A stretch of DNA of 64,000 bases, from contig NC_090403.1 of NCBI RefSeq assembly GCF_036365525.1, positions 45,261,095 to 45,325,094 on the forward strand, given 5' to 3'. Numbering within the stretch: position 1 is the first letter of the stretch; each line of letters opens with the position of its first letter. The position numbers and the translations under genes were made by a program. The stretch is from Heterodontus francisci. Lineage: Eukaryota. Below are positions 50,266 to 62,275 of this stretch, piece after piece. The notes under the pieces were generated by a model. The model saw only the letters and a list, made by a program, of their open reading frames with translations, had not been told where the DNA came from and made no database searches.

Positions 50266-50947
50266 GGACTAAATTTTGTGACTGAGGGTGAAGTCTTGCC
50301 ACCAGGAAATTGGAAGCTGACCCCACTTCAGCCAGTGGTGTGACCCAGGGCAGCATATTGCCAGTGGCAGCCAATTACGAGGCTGCTGCCAGCGTTGCTG
50401 TCCAATTAAGGATGGCGGCCCGCCCCCCAAGCGCTGCTGGCCCTCAGCACTGCCACCTCTAGTGGTGGCCACTGCTGAAGCTGCAACATCAGGGAGAGGG
50501 CGCATCAATGCCAGCGTGCCCTTGAAGAGCAGTAAGTGTGGTTGGGCGCAGCCAGAGGCAGGGAGGCTCCAGCGATTGGGGATGGGGTTCTTGTTGAGCA
50601 CTGGTGGCACCATTGCCACATGGGCAGCCATTGCCACCGGGGGGCCCCTCCATTGGCCGTGAATTGCCCATAAAAGAGCCCGCTAGGAGGCCAGGCAGTT
50701 TCACCACTCGGCAGCAGGCCTTCCCAATGCGGACAAAATGCCCACGGAGGAAGGAACTGGCCCTTAACTGGCCACTTAAGTCGTTCAATTGGCTACCAGG
50801 TGAGTGGCCAAGCCACCAACTTTCCCACCCCTGGCAATACGCCATGGCAACGAGATGACGTCGGGCTCCACTCCTGACGCCTCTCCCGCCATTTTAGCAG
50901 CCCCCTCCCACCCAGCCTGTCACCAATGGACCAGGAAAATTTAGCCT
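50266..50947. mobile_element. PIF/Harbinger-type GC-rich MITE
   Basis: TIR ggactaaatttt / aaaatttagcct (10 of 12) and TSD tgt on both sides. Internal ggccacttaag motif shared with the other MITEs. Confidence 0.68.
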
Positions 50948-51854
50948 TGTAGCCCGCTAACCATCACAAGCCAAGACAATCTGTTCCACTGCATGAGTCG
51001 TCATCTTTGTGTATCATGGCATTTGTGATCCAGAGTGGATTGGGAATTGGAATCTCTCGCGTTTACAAATGAAAGTACAAGTAGGGAATTAAAGGTCACG
51101 CGATGAAACCTTCAGCAACTAAGTGCAAGATATTGAATCTTCATAAACGTCATCAACATTTTCAGGTGTAACAATGTCCATTTTAATTAATTTACAAAAG
51201 TGATGTTGCACTACTCAACAAGTGTTATTTAATATAAAAAGTACTGCTATAAGTTGATCAATTTTTGTTTACCTCTGTTCCTAATCCTACTTACTTACAT
51301 GCCTCATTTACACAACATTATATTCTGTTACTGTAATATTATCTTGCATGTTGCAGCAATATTATCTGCTGCAGCATTCCTCATAATGCATATAGTTCCT
51401 TTCAGGTCAGTATATTTATTAACTTCAGACCATTATCTGCAAAATGTAACACTGGTACACCTGTTGTCTGTGCTTCACCCTGTAAGATTGCACATTCAAT
51501 GAATTTGTGTAATTCTCTGAAAATTATTCAATTGGCCAATATTTTCTGCTTTGTTTGAATTTTGTGACTTTATTTTTGAATCTAAGCATTAAGAATGCGA
51601 ATGTCTCTTGAGTCAAATAATTGAGGTACTTTTCCAATTTTGTGCTCCCACCCGACTGTAATGTGGAAATTCAGGCAATTTTCTACCCATAATATTTCCA
51701 GAGTTTGTACAAAACACAGACGCCCAAATTTCTAAAATGTGCTGTTGTTAGGTGAGGCTCTCAACTGGGAGTGTCAACTTGGAAAATCATTCCTTTGATT
51801 TCTTGATCATTATTTCCTCATCTTGATAAAGACCAGTTAGTTTGGGCATTCTTA

Positions 51855-51985
51855 TAGAAACATAGACATAGAAAATAGGAGCAGGAGTAGGCCATTCGGC
51901 CCTTCGAACCTGCTCCGCCATTCAATATGATCATGGCTGATCATCCAACTCAGTAACCTGTTCCCGCTTTCTCCCCATATCCTTT
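51855..51985 (-). mobile_element. Short CR1 3' tail
   Basis: catagaaaataggagcaggagtaggccattcggccc. Confidence 0.8.
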
Positions 51986-53074
51986 TATTAAATGCAGAGA
52001 GGCATAAATCACTGTGAGAAAGGTGAAAGAAGGGTAATCTTCTTGGACTGTTTTGTCCAGTGGTGCAGATGGGAACTTCAAATTGAGTTAATTAAGTGGC
52101 TTTTCCTTCTGGAAAAAAAAAGTTTTCTTTAGATATGGGGATAAATTTAGCAGAGGTAGAAGATGGGGATAATGTTAATGCCCTCGTCCTGAATGGATGG
52201 AGGCTGCTACAGCTCAGCATAGATCGCATAGAGCATAGTTAACAGGCTTGCGTGTGTCTCTGGTGAAGATCTGTACACAAACCGATCTTTTGCAAATTTT
52301 TTTTTTTGTGATCAGTTCTTTGAATTGTCTTCTGCAGTCCAGTTTGCCCAGAACCCACAAAATTATATTTTTGCCATGTATGTTATTGTTACCTCTTACA
52401 AAGGATGAGCTTGCTTACAGGAGTAATTCTGACTTTACACTGCCCATGGGAGTACATAACGGAAAGCTACATGTGTTAGACGTGCTTTTTTTGATTGTTT
52501 AAATTGTACCCAAGTTTTTAATGCGTGTTCCTAATGGGAAGAGCAAAGTCAGAAAGATACTCTTCATATGCCTTTAATTGAAATTTAAAAATTAGGTTTG
52601 CAGCGTTATGGCTAGTTGATGATATAGCTGACTTAGCTTGTCCCACAGCATGTGAGAAATGAGATGTGAAAATCCTTGGCATGGTACATTCCTCAGCAAA
52701 TGCCAGAAGCTGTTTTCATGGCCACGCAACTGCTGCTGCTCATCGCATTGGCACTGCTGCTGGGCCTGGACCTCATGCAGCATGTTCTCATCCATATCAA
52801 AGGGCATCTTGCTAAAGGAACTTCTCAGTTCTGCAAAAAGTCGACAACATCACCCCAATTTGGGAGCTAGAGATGATGTTTGGGTTGCAGTTCAGGAGAG
52901 ATACCAAGTCGGACTAATAAACAAAGTCACGTATTTTGCGAGATCAAGCCGAAATTAAAATTTGGCTCTCAATATTTGATCTAATTTCAGCATCATAAAA
53001 ATTTCAGTAGTAATCACTCCCATAAATTTAGCACTATGGCTCAAGTGTGAAAAAGGTTAACTTATTGGACTTAA

Positions 53075-53468
53075 TTTGACTCTTGCTCGATGTCTCACTC
53101 ATCCATCACTCCTCTCCTTGCTGACCAACATTGGCTCCCACCCGTTCAACATTTATAGCCTGACCCTTCTGTGGAATTTCTTCCACTCCTATCATCCCCT
53201 CGAAGTCTCTGTTCCTCTGACTCTGCCTTTGCCCAACTTTAGCAGCAATGCCTTCAGCCTCCTAGGTCCCATGCTCTGGAATCCCCTTCTTAAACCCTTC
53301 TGCCTCTCCACCTCCCTCTCCCCTTTTGACCCTTCTTAAAACCACCTCTTTGGGACACCCTTCCGAACACGTCCTTTGGCTCCATATACATTTTTGGCTG
53401 ATTATAGCTCAGTGAAATGCCTTAGAACATATTTCTATGTTAAAGAAGATGTATAAATCCAAGTTGTT
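53075..53468 (+). mobile_element. L2 3' fragment
   Basis: AFSLLGPMLWNPL plus a diverged L2 tail. Confidence 0.7.
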
Positions 53469-56400
53469 TTTCGGGAAAGCAACAACAATATTTTGTATCA
53501 ACAACTAAGAATCAGGAAACATATCCGATGAGATTACTGGTGTCTTCTGTTAAGCAGCAATAGTGGCAAAACTTGGCATTACTGACAAATCCAGTGTCGA
53601 GTCTAGGAATAGGACTAAGAACAGTACTTCAGTATTTCCAAATATCTTATTGTCAGTCTGGAGCATATGAAGCTGTCCCAATTTTGCTAAGATACATGGC
53701 AAAGGTATAATTTCTACCAGATAAGAGATGTGAGAACCAGTCCCAAAGCAATACTTACCAAAATCAGGTACAGGCTATCAAGAATTCTGTGCTTCGAATG
53801 CAGACCAGCTGAAATGAAGAAGAAGCACAGCACTGAGATGAGAAAGTGAAGAAATGCCAAACTGATGAATGACTTGCTACCTCTGCAGCTTTGGGACAAA
53901 TGATCAGCCATTGAACATTGTCCGGTCTCTACCCAGCTGGAAGCAGTTCTTTTTGTTGGGGAGCTGAAACAATTGCTATCTGTACTCCTCCTCTTGGCAG
54001 GCAATGTAGTCCTAAATTGACACCTGGTGGCTGGGGCAAATTGTAATCTTATTAATAACATAATTTGAAACCATTTCACATGCTGATGATTGAAGACTCA
54101 TATTTAGACGTTATCAACATAAATATCTACGTGAGCATTGACATTTTTTCTGGCCTTCTAGGCAAGGTGATGTTATTTGCATCTACATGTTGGGTAATTT
54201 TGTCAATTATTACAAAACAGCTCACTTTGTACAAGCATGTCGAAGTAAATAGACACTTAGCATCATAAACAGGAAACAATATGAGATAGCAGAAAAGTCT
54301 GTTAATAATGCATTAATGTAGGTAGACTGTAAGTGTCCCCATGCTAGTCTTGCTTTCAGTAAAATGAATCCAAATCTACTAAAAGCTGACAGAAGCTATC
54401 CAGTTGATGTGACACTAATGGCTGTTGTATTTCTTTGCTAAGTGACAGGTTTTTTTGGTAAACAATAGTTTTGTTAGAGCTTTGAAATGATTTTGTGACT
54501 ATTTTCACATATTGTCTTTCCTCGTGGTAGTTACGACAACATTGTCCTATATCAGAGAGCATTATTTTACTCTTTAACAGCCCAGATATGTGGTGGCCAG
54601 AATGTACCATGCAGCAGATCAATTGGCATTGTCAAGCAAGTAATTGAAAAGTTGGCCGAGCACTATAGTGTGGATTGTTAGAGAAACTTCCAAGCCTGTT
54701 TGTGAAGAAGACACTGAGACTAGGATGCTTTGGTGGAGATTGTTTATTGCTTGCCACAGAGCTTACTTCTGCTCTCCAAACAACACCCACAACCAGTGCT
54801 GGCTGGCTTTTCTTTATATTTATATAATTGACACCCAACACCTGTTCACCCTATTATCCTGAACTACCAGGTATTTATCATCCATTAACAGAACTTCAGA
54901 CCCTAACATGGATGCATCCTTCAATGAGTTTTCACCCAAATTAGAGAATCTGTTTCTGTTTTAAAGATGGTGAATCATAAAGTTTTCTGTCGGAAAATTG
55001 GAATAGCCCAGTAATCCGGCGTAGGGATCATGATGAGTGATTAACTCATGCCCATTCATAGCGATGCAGGCAACATGCAAACATCATGCTGCCTGCTAAT
55101 TTAAATGAGTCACATGCCTCCCAATGCTGATTACACAGCTGATGGCTGCACGCTTGTGCAAGAGGCCCAAGTTTATGGAGCTCAGTCAATGCATCTTCAC
55201 ATGCCATAACTTTACAGATGAACCCCTAGCCTCGCCCACTTCACCATTCACCACATTGCCCCCGATTCTATCACTCACCTACGAACAGTGTGCATCAAGC
55301 ACAACTGATTCTCATTCATTATCTCACCTCACCCTCGCACACTTAGCACTGCTGCAAGCCTCATGCTCGTATCTCATAGCTTGCACACACTGCCATGGCA
55401 ATCATTGGTGCTCCACAAATGAGGCCTTGGCCAATGACAGGGCTGAAACTGTAGAAGATGATAGTAAGTTCCTACCTATTCCATCTCCTCACATCCCACT
55501 TCCCCCTTATTTCACAACCCCCTGGTTAGCGTGGTGGCTGAAAGCCTGAGGGAACAGCAGACTGCCAGAGAATGAAAGTACCATGACTGTTGCCAGGCAT
55601 TCACTGGCATGATGCGGTCACTTTAAGATGCACGCATGCATGGCTGTGCGTCAATCTTAAAGGGATGGTGCCATACAGCAAACGGACCTTGCACAGCAAA
55701 GAAACATTAGAGGGAACATTGTCAGGAACTAACCTGCAAGTTGTTAATGATCACTTTAAGTAGGGCTGGTGGCAATGGGTTTGTGGTGTTGGGGTGGGGG
55801 TGGGGGGTCCTTCCTGCTGCTGAACACAAGTTCAGCTGCACATGTTTAAGAGAGCTTGAGTGACAAGATCAAAAATGGTAGCACTGGCATCAGATCAGCA
55901 TTACACGCTGACTGATGTCACAATCTGCCTACTCTGTATATTTCTGGTGCACATTCCTGATGCCACGCTAACACCCTTACAAAAACGGTGTTCATCATAG
56001 TCTGTACCACAAGTGTGTGCATTGGAGGTGTGGTGGAGGGAGGTCGGATAAATATTCATAAATGGGAAACCCAATACCTAACCAATTTCTCCACTGGCCC
56101 CTCCCTCTGAGTTCTCCAGCCCCTGACTGATCTCTCAGGTCCCAGAGCAATCTTTCTGTGACCCTTCCTTTTAATCTCTTCAGTCCAGCTTCTGATCAAT
56201 CCCGCCACAGCCCCCGATGCCATCTATCTAGCCCACAATCTATCCATGTCCGCCCACAATGCCTCCTCCCCACAAACCATGATCCTACCTGTCTTCTCTG
56301 CTGCCCAGTGCCACAGACATTGATGCCTGACAACCAGCCAAGCAATCAATCTGGAAACTGTCCAAAAATTTAACATAAGAACATGAGAAATGGGAGTCAG

Positions 56401-56765
56401 GGCTGGGCCATTCAGCCCCTTGAGCCTGTTCCACCATTCAATAAGATCATGGCTGATCTGATTTTGGCCTCAACTCTCGAGTCCCTAAAGTTCAGGAATC
56501 TTGTCTATCTCAGCCTTGAATATATCCAATGACCCAGCCTTCACAGCTTTCTGGGGTAGAGAATTCCAAAGATTTATGACCCTCTGAGAGAAGAAATTCC
56601 TCCTCATCTCCATCTAAAATAGGCGACCCCTTATTCTGGAACTATGCCCCCAGTTCTAAATGGCCCTCTCAGCAAAAACCCTGTAAAGCCTCCTCAGAAG
56701 GGGTGGGGGGATGGTGGTGCAGGGGTGGAAGGTTATTGGGGGGTAGGCGGGAATGTGAAGTTGAG

Positions 56766-57399
56766 ACAAAAACAAGAAATGCTGGATTCACTCAGCAGGT
56801 CTGGCAGCATCTGTGGAAAGAGAAGCAGAATTAACGTTTCGGGTCAGTGACCCTTCTTCGGAACTGACAAATATTAGAAAAGTCACAGATTATAAACAAG
56901 TGAGGTGGGGGTTGGGCAAGAGATAACAAAGGAGAAGGTGCAGATTGGACCAGGCCACATAGCTGACCAAAAGGTCACGGAGCAAAGGCAAACAATATGT
57001 TAATGGTGTGTTGAAAGACAAAGCATTAGTACAGATTAGGTGTGAATATACTGAATATTGAACATCAGCAAGTGCAAACCTGAAGAAAAACAACCTGAAA
57101 AAAACAGTGGGTAAGCAAACTGTACAAACTAAGATGAAATGAAATAAATGCAAAAAAAGATTGTAAAAAATGTAAAAAGGAATGCAAAAAAAAAGGAAGA
57201 AAAAATAACTAAAAATGACTAAAAATGAAAGTAAAGTGGGGGGCTGTCATGCTCTGAAATTACTGAACTCAATGTTCAGTCCGGCAGGCTGTAGTGTGCC
57301 TAATCGGTAGATGAGATGCTATTCCTCGAGCTTGCGTTGATGTTCACTGGAACACTGCAGCAATCCCAGGACAGAGATGTGAGCATGAGAGCAGGGGGG
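56766..57399 (-). mobile_element. Penelope-like element 3' fragment
   Basis: VLGLLQCSSEHQRKLEE*HLIYRLGTLQPAGLNIEFSNFRA*. Perfect repeat gggaatgtgaagttgag at 56749-65 and 57397-413. Confidence 0.85.
56829..56866 (-). ncRNA. Minimal type-I hammerhead-ribozyme-like motif
   Basis: Minus strand cagtt-CCGAAGA-a-GGGTC-act-GACCC-GAAAC-GTT-aatt. Stem II covaries with the 32499 copy (A-T versus G-C pair). Confidence 0.58.
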
Positions 57400-58026
57400 A
57401 ATGTGAAGTTGAGGTTACAATCAAATCAGCCGTGATCTTGTTCAATGGCGGAGCAGGCTCAAGGGGCCGAGTGGCCTACTCCTGCTCCTAATTCGTAATT
57501 CTACAAGATTACATCTCATTCTTCTAAACTCTAAATATAGGTCTAACCTGCTCAACCTTTCCTCACAAGACAACCCCATCCTAGGAATCAACCCAGTGAA
57601 CCTTCTCCGTACTGTTTCCAATGTAAGTATGCCCGTCCTTAAATAAGGAGACCCTAAAGTGTGCACAGTACTGTAGGTGTGGTCTTACCAATGCCTTGTA
57701 CAGTTGTAGCAAATCTTCCTTACTTTTATGCTGCACCCCCTTGCACTAATTCCAACAAGCCTTTTGCCTTCCTAATTACTTGCTGTACCTGCATGCTAGC
57801 TTTTTGTGTTTCATCTACAAGGATACCCAGATCCCTCTGTACCACAGCATTAAATCAGGTCCTGCAGGAAACCTGCACTTCCGGTTTTCCTGACCACCAT
57901 ACCGTCCCATTTCCTCCCCGCTGCCGCCACCCCCACCCCCACAAATGCCCTCCCCACCATCATGTAAATATCGGGGTGAAAGTTTTTGTTTAAAAGCTTT
58001 GAGATGGTAGCAGGAAGGGAAGATGA

Positions 58027-58720
58027 GGGCCGGAATTTTACACGCCCCCCTCCAACAAGTGGGAAGGGGGGGGGGGGGCATAAAATGGAGTGGGAGGCTT
58101 GGGGGGTGGTGGGGGCCCATCCCGACCCGCTCCCACCTCCACTGCCACTTTACGCAGGGCGGCAGCGGCAAAAAACGGCCAGCCCGCCCCAGGCCAATCA
58201 AAGCCCTTAAGTGGCCACTTAACGGCCACTTAAGAGCCTCTGCCCGTCACCACGGGGATTTTACCCATGTCAAGTGGGTGGCCCAGGCCCGAGAAAAGAG
58301 GCAGTTCTCTGATGGCCTGGGGTATGGCCCTCATGATCAGGCACCCTGTGTCTGACGGAGGGCTGCCCTTGCTGCCCAAACTACCCCCAACAGCCAACAC
58401 ATCCCCCCCCCCCAGTTGACCACCCTTGACTTGCGGAGCCCGACTGATCACCCCCGGCAAGGAAACAAAAACTTACCTGTGTTCTGGGCTTCCCTGACGT
58501 CTTCCTCATGAAGCTGGGCTGCAGTCCCAGCAGTCACCACCATTCTCGGTGGTGCTGCTGGGACTGAGCGCTGCCGGCCTGTTGGCTGTTTTCAGCGGGA
58601 CTTCCTGCCTCAAGCGGGTGGAAGTCCCGCCTCAGAAGAATTAAAGGCCGGGGACCCGCAAAGCGCAGGTCGGATCCTCAGGCCAGGCGGAAGTGGGTTC
58701 GTCACCGACTTTTCAGCCAC
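58027..58720. mobile_element. GC-rich MITE-like element of the same group (right TIR not evident)
   Basis: Left end gggccggaatttta and internal cccttaagtggccacttaa repeats as in the other MITEs. Confidence 0.55.
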
Positions 58721-60002
58721 CAAGTTTTGAGATCCTGGAAAATAATGAGTAGAAGACGGTGTGATTAACCTTTAATTCAACATAATGACGCAGGGAGGAA
58801 GAACGTGTAGATTTGCATTGTTGGCAACTTACGTGAATAAGAGTGGGCATTTCTGAGGAGAAGTGAACACAGTCGTAGGAAGAAAATAGAGAGAAGCGGG
58901 CCAGATTGGCACAGTGAGTTGGTATGTACATGTGGGTGCAATGGAGTAAATACAAAACTGGCATTTTCACAGTCTGGTATCTTCCATCTGGTCTCTCAGC
59001 ATAAACCATCCATCACATATCAGCCAGGAAGTATAACTCTGCCAAGAAATGTACCTTTGGTCATTTCATTATGAAGCAAACCCATTACCCTCTCTGCCAC
59101 CAGAACATTTAGGATAATTTTATAAATCTCTAATGCTTATTTTCTTGGCCAGTCGCCCAGTTTTGAAATTTATGTTGTACATTGCCTTCCCCGAATACAG
59201 ACTCTGAATCTTTTTAATGATCCATGCAGGGCTTTTTGAGATTTTAAATGATGGAAATGTCAACGGTATCCAAACTACTTCATTATTCAACTGCCATCTT
59301 TTTTCACTTGTTACTGTAAACACTCCAGGCACCAAATCAACTGCTTTTATCAAACCCTGTCATAAGGGACTTTCTGACAAAAGTTTGTATGAATTAAAAT
59401 ATGTATATATTTGATTTTCTGGGAGAAATCCAAAATAGCTTCACACAAAGTGATGTTTATGCTGTGCACGACCACTCAAAGTGGGGTTCTTGTAGATAAC
59501 AGTTCAAATAATTACGCCGTAATGAAAAAAAAAACATTTGATTGCTTTGTAATATATGCTGCACTATAATTTTGCTGCAATCAACTGCAGCTTATTTCTT
59601 TGTAACCTTGAAGTAATGACTTCACAACCACCCTCAGTACCCATTTTTGAGTGGCTTATGGCTGATTGTCAGTTTAGCATAGGGACTTGAAAAAAAAAGT
59701 GCATCCAAGAACAGTGTCAACAAAGGAACCAAAAAAAATGTGAATTTGTGCTTCTGTCAATCCTATTTTATCACTGTTGTCAAATGGGGGGGTGGGGGGG
59801 GGGGGACAATATTTTTAAGAGAAAACACAATGGTGGTTGAGCAACAGAAAATGATGGATGTGAAACCAATCCTGGTTTCCTCCTTTCATCCGATTTCCAG
59901 GATCATGACCACCTCTGAAAGGTAGACAAACGTAACAATGTTAGCAAAAGGTCAGAAACTATTAACGAGGGAGTGATTTTTGAGGCTGAGATCCAACCTC
60001 AG

Positions 60003-61040
60003 AAAGATAGAAAATTAACGGCACAGAAGGAGGCCATTCAGCCCATTGTGTCTGGGCGGGCTCTCTACAAGTGCAACTCAGCTAGTCCCACTCTTGGGGC
60101 AGTATTTTATGCTCTCTTCCGTGGCGGGTTTGGAGGCGGGGAGAGCATTTAATTGGGTGGGGTTGTGGTGGGAGGGACCCCCACCACCTTCTTGCCTCCA
60201 TCCAGATTAACTCCATGGCGAGAAGGCCCATGCACAGCCTTCCCTTCCCACTGCCAATTGAGGCCCTTATGGGGCAATTAATGCCCAATTAATGGCCACT
60301 TCCCACCGCTGCTGTTATTAACCCAGTGGCGGGTGGGCGTGTCGTCACGTGGGGAGCATGACATGCAAACCCGTGCAGGGTTGCTTGTGGTCTGGTGGAG
60401 GGGGTGGTCCTTGGTTGAAAGGCACTCAGTGCCAGATCAAGGGACCCGTCATCATGATGGGGGTGGGGTGGTGCTTGCTGAGAGCCAACCACCTGCCCTT
60501 GCTGCCGACTCCCCCCCCCCCACTTACACCCCCTCCCTTGCAACTCCCACCCTACAAAACACCTCCCGCCATCACTTCCCTCTGGCCTGGGTCGCTTCAT
60601 GATCCTGGGCCTCTGGTGCGTGTTCCGGCAGCAGCCACCGCCTCCCCATTTGTTAAAAAGAGCTGCCGGCCTCTGATTGGTCAGCAGCTCTCGGCGGGCA
60701 GGATTTCCCGCCCCTGGAGTCCTGATCCCGGGAGGGCCTGCCGATGACCTCTCGGGTGCCTGATTAGCTCGTCATACAGTGGGCCTTCCCCAAAGGAGAC
60801 AACGTGGGTCTCTCACTGGCTCTCCAGCCGGCTGCTGAGAACGCCTTTGCCTCCATAAAATTCCCCCCTTGGCCTGTAGCCCTGTAGGTTCCAGCACTTC
60901 AAGTGCATATCCAAGCATTTTCTAAATTCTGTGAGAGGTTCTGCTTCTACCACCCTTTCAGGCAGTGGGTTCCAGACTCTGGGTGAAAACAAATTCTCCT
61001 CAACTACCCTCTAATCCATCTGTCAATTACTTTAAATCTT
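60003..61040 (-). mobile_element. CR1 3' fragment interrupted by a MITE
   Basis: CR1 tail at 60003-60093 continues at 60872-61040. Confidence 0.72.
60097..60868. mobile_element. PIF/Harbinger-type GC-rich MITE
   Basis: TIR gggcagtattttatg / cataaaattcccccc and TSD ttg (60094-96, 60869-71). Confidence 0.75.
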
Positions 61041-61674
61041 TGCCCCCTGGTTATTGACCTCGGGGGTTAGGAAACAATCATTCATACCTTTGCCTATGTT
61101 AATGCATGAAGTGCCTTGGGAATGTTGAGAGATGTGTTAACCCATGATATAATTTCATCTTTTATATACACACCTCGCAAACTTCGACTTCACAGTTTAT
61201 GATCACTCTATCTCTTCAATTGGATTACAAGTTTATAACTCAGTTCATTTGCAGATTTTTTTTTTTAATAGCAGGTGCCAGGGCTTTTCACTTTCCTAGC
61301 TGAATCATGATTAGTAAACATGAGAGTGCGGCGATGCCAGTCATCTCATCACTGATTGCAGCTGCCATTATTATTATTATTATATCTAAAAATATACATG
61401 AAATGCATTGCAAAAATTTACATCACAACAAACATGGCAGCAAATGTTGTTAGGTTGCAAGGTGGAGGTCTTATTGTGATATTCCCAGAGTTGGACCCTG
61501 CCTGAATTTGCCTCATTAAGTCAACAACTCTTTATGTTCGCCACAATTGTTTGATTTTATTTGCAATTTCGACACTGGTTAAGCTACAATCGGTTCTTAT
61601 TTGTTTAAGTAAAAAGTTGGATTGTAAGCACAATTTGATATGAAGGATCCTGAACGGAATGTGCCCATAATATG

Positions 61675-62020
61675 TCAGTCGTGGCACAATTAGTAGTACT
61701 CTTGCTTCTGGGTCTGAAGGGTTGTAGGTTCAAATCTCACTCCACAGTGAGTGCTGCACTGTTGGGGGTGCTGTCCTTAAGATGAGATGTTAAAATGAGG
61801 TGCCATTTGTATTCAAGATAATATTCAAAAAAAGAGCAGGGGAGTACTTTTTGGTGTCCTGCCAATATTTATGCCTCAACTAAAATCACGGAAACAGATT
61901 ATCTGGTCTTTCACCTGACTGCTTATTGCATGTGACCATGTTGTGTGCAAATTGGCTGCTGTTTCCTACATTACAACAGTGGCTACACTTCAAAAGGACC
62001 TCATTGGCTGTATAACATTT
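61675..62020 (+). mobile_element. Deu-domain SINE, tail truncated
   Basis: tRNA-like head and Deu core gtgctgcactgttgggggtgctgtc...gatgagatgttaaa. Confidence 0.75.
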
Positions 62021-62275
62021 TTGCAAAAGTGACATGAGGAAAAACTTTTTCACACAGCGAGTAGTTAAGGTCTGGAATGCGCTGCCTGAGAGTGTGGTGG
62101 AGGCAGGTTCAATTGAAGCATTCAAGAGGGACTTAGACAGTTATATGAAAAGGAAGAATGTGCAGGGTTACGGGGAGAAGGCAGGGGAATGGAACTGAGG
62201 GAATTGCACTTTCGGAGAGCCGGTGCGGACACGATGGGCCGAATGGCCTCCTTCTGCACCGTAACGATTCTGTGA
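62021..62275 (+). mobile_element. CR1 3' fragment abutting the SINE
   Basis: Highly similar to 16103-16356. Confidence 0.85.

Larger units (their letters stand above)
56372..57850 (-). mobile_element. CR1 fragment in two pieces (about 56372-56660 and 57500-57850), separated by a plus-strand CR1 tail that itself hosts a Penelope-like insert
   Basis: Collinear minus-strand CR1 peptides. Plus-strand tail pieces at about 56728-56765 and 57400-57497. Confidence 0.7.

Noticed and set aside
52592-52958. Overlapping small ORFs, one with a hydrophobic stretch (LLLLIALALLLGL)
   Set aside because: Caused by a ctg/gca-rich patch open on both strands, with no promoter or splice evidence. Not supportable as a micropeptide from sequence alone.
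55000-56100. Possible remnant of another non-autonomous DNA element
   Set aside because: No TIR/TSD pair or translatable motif could be confirmed by eye.
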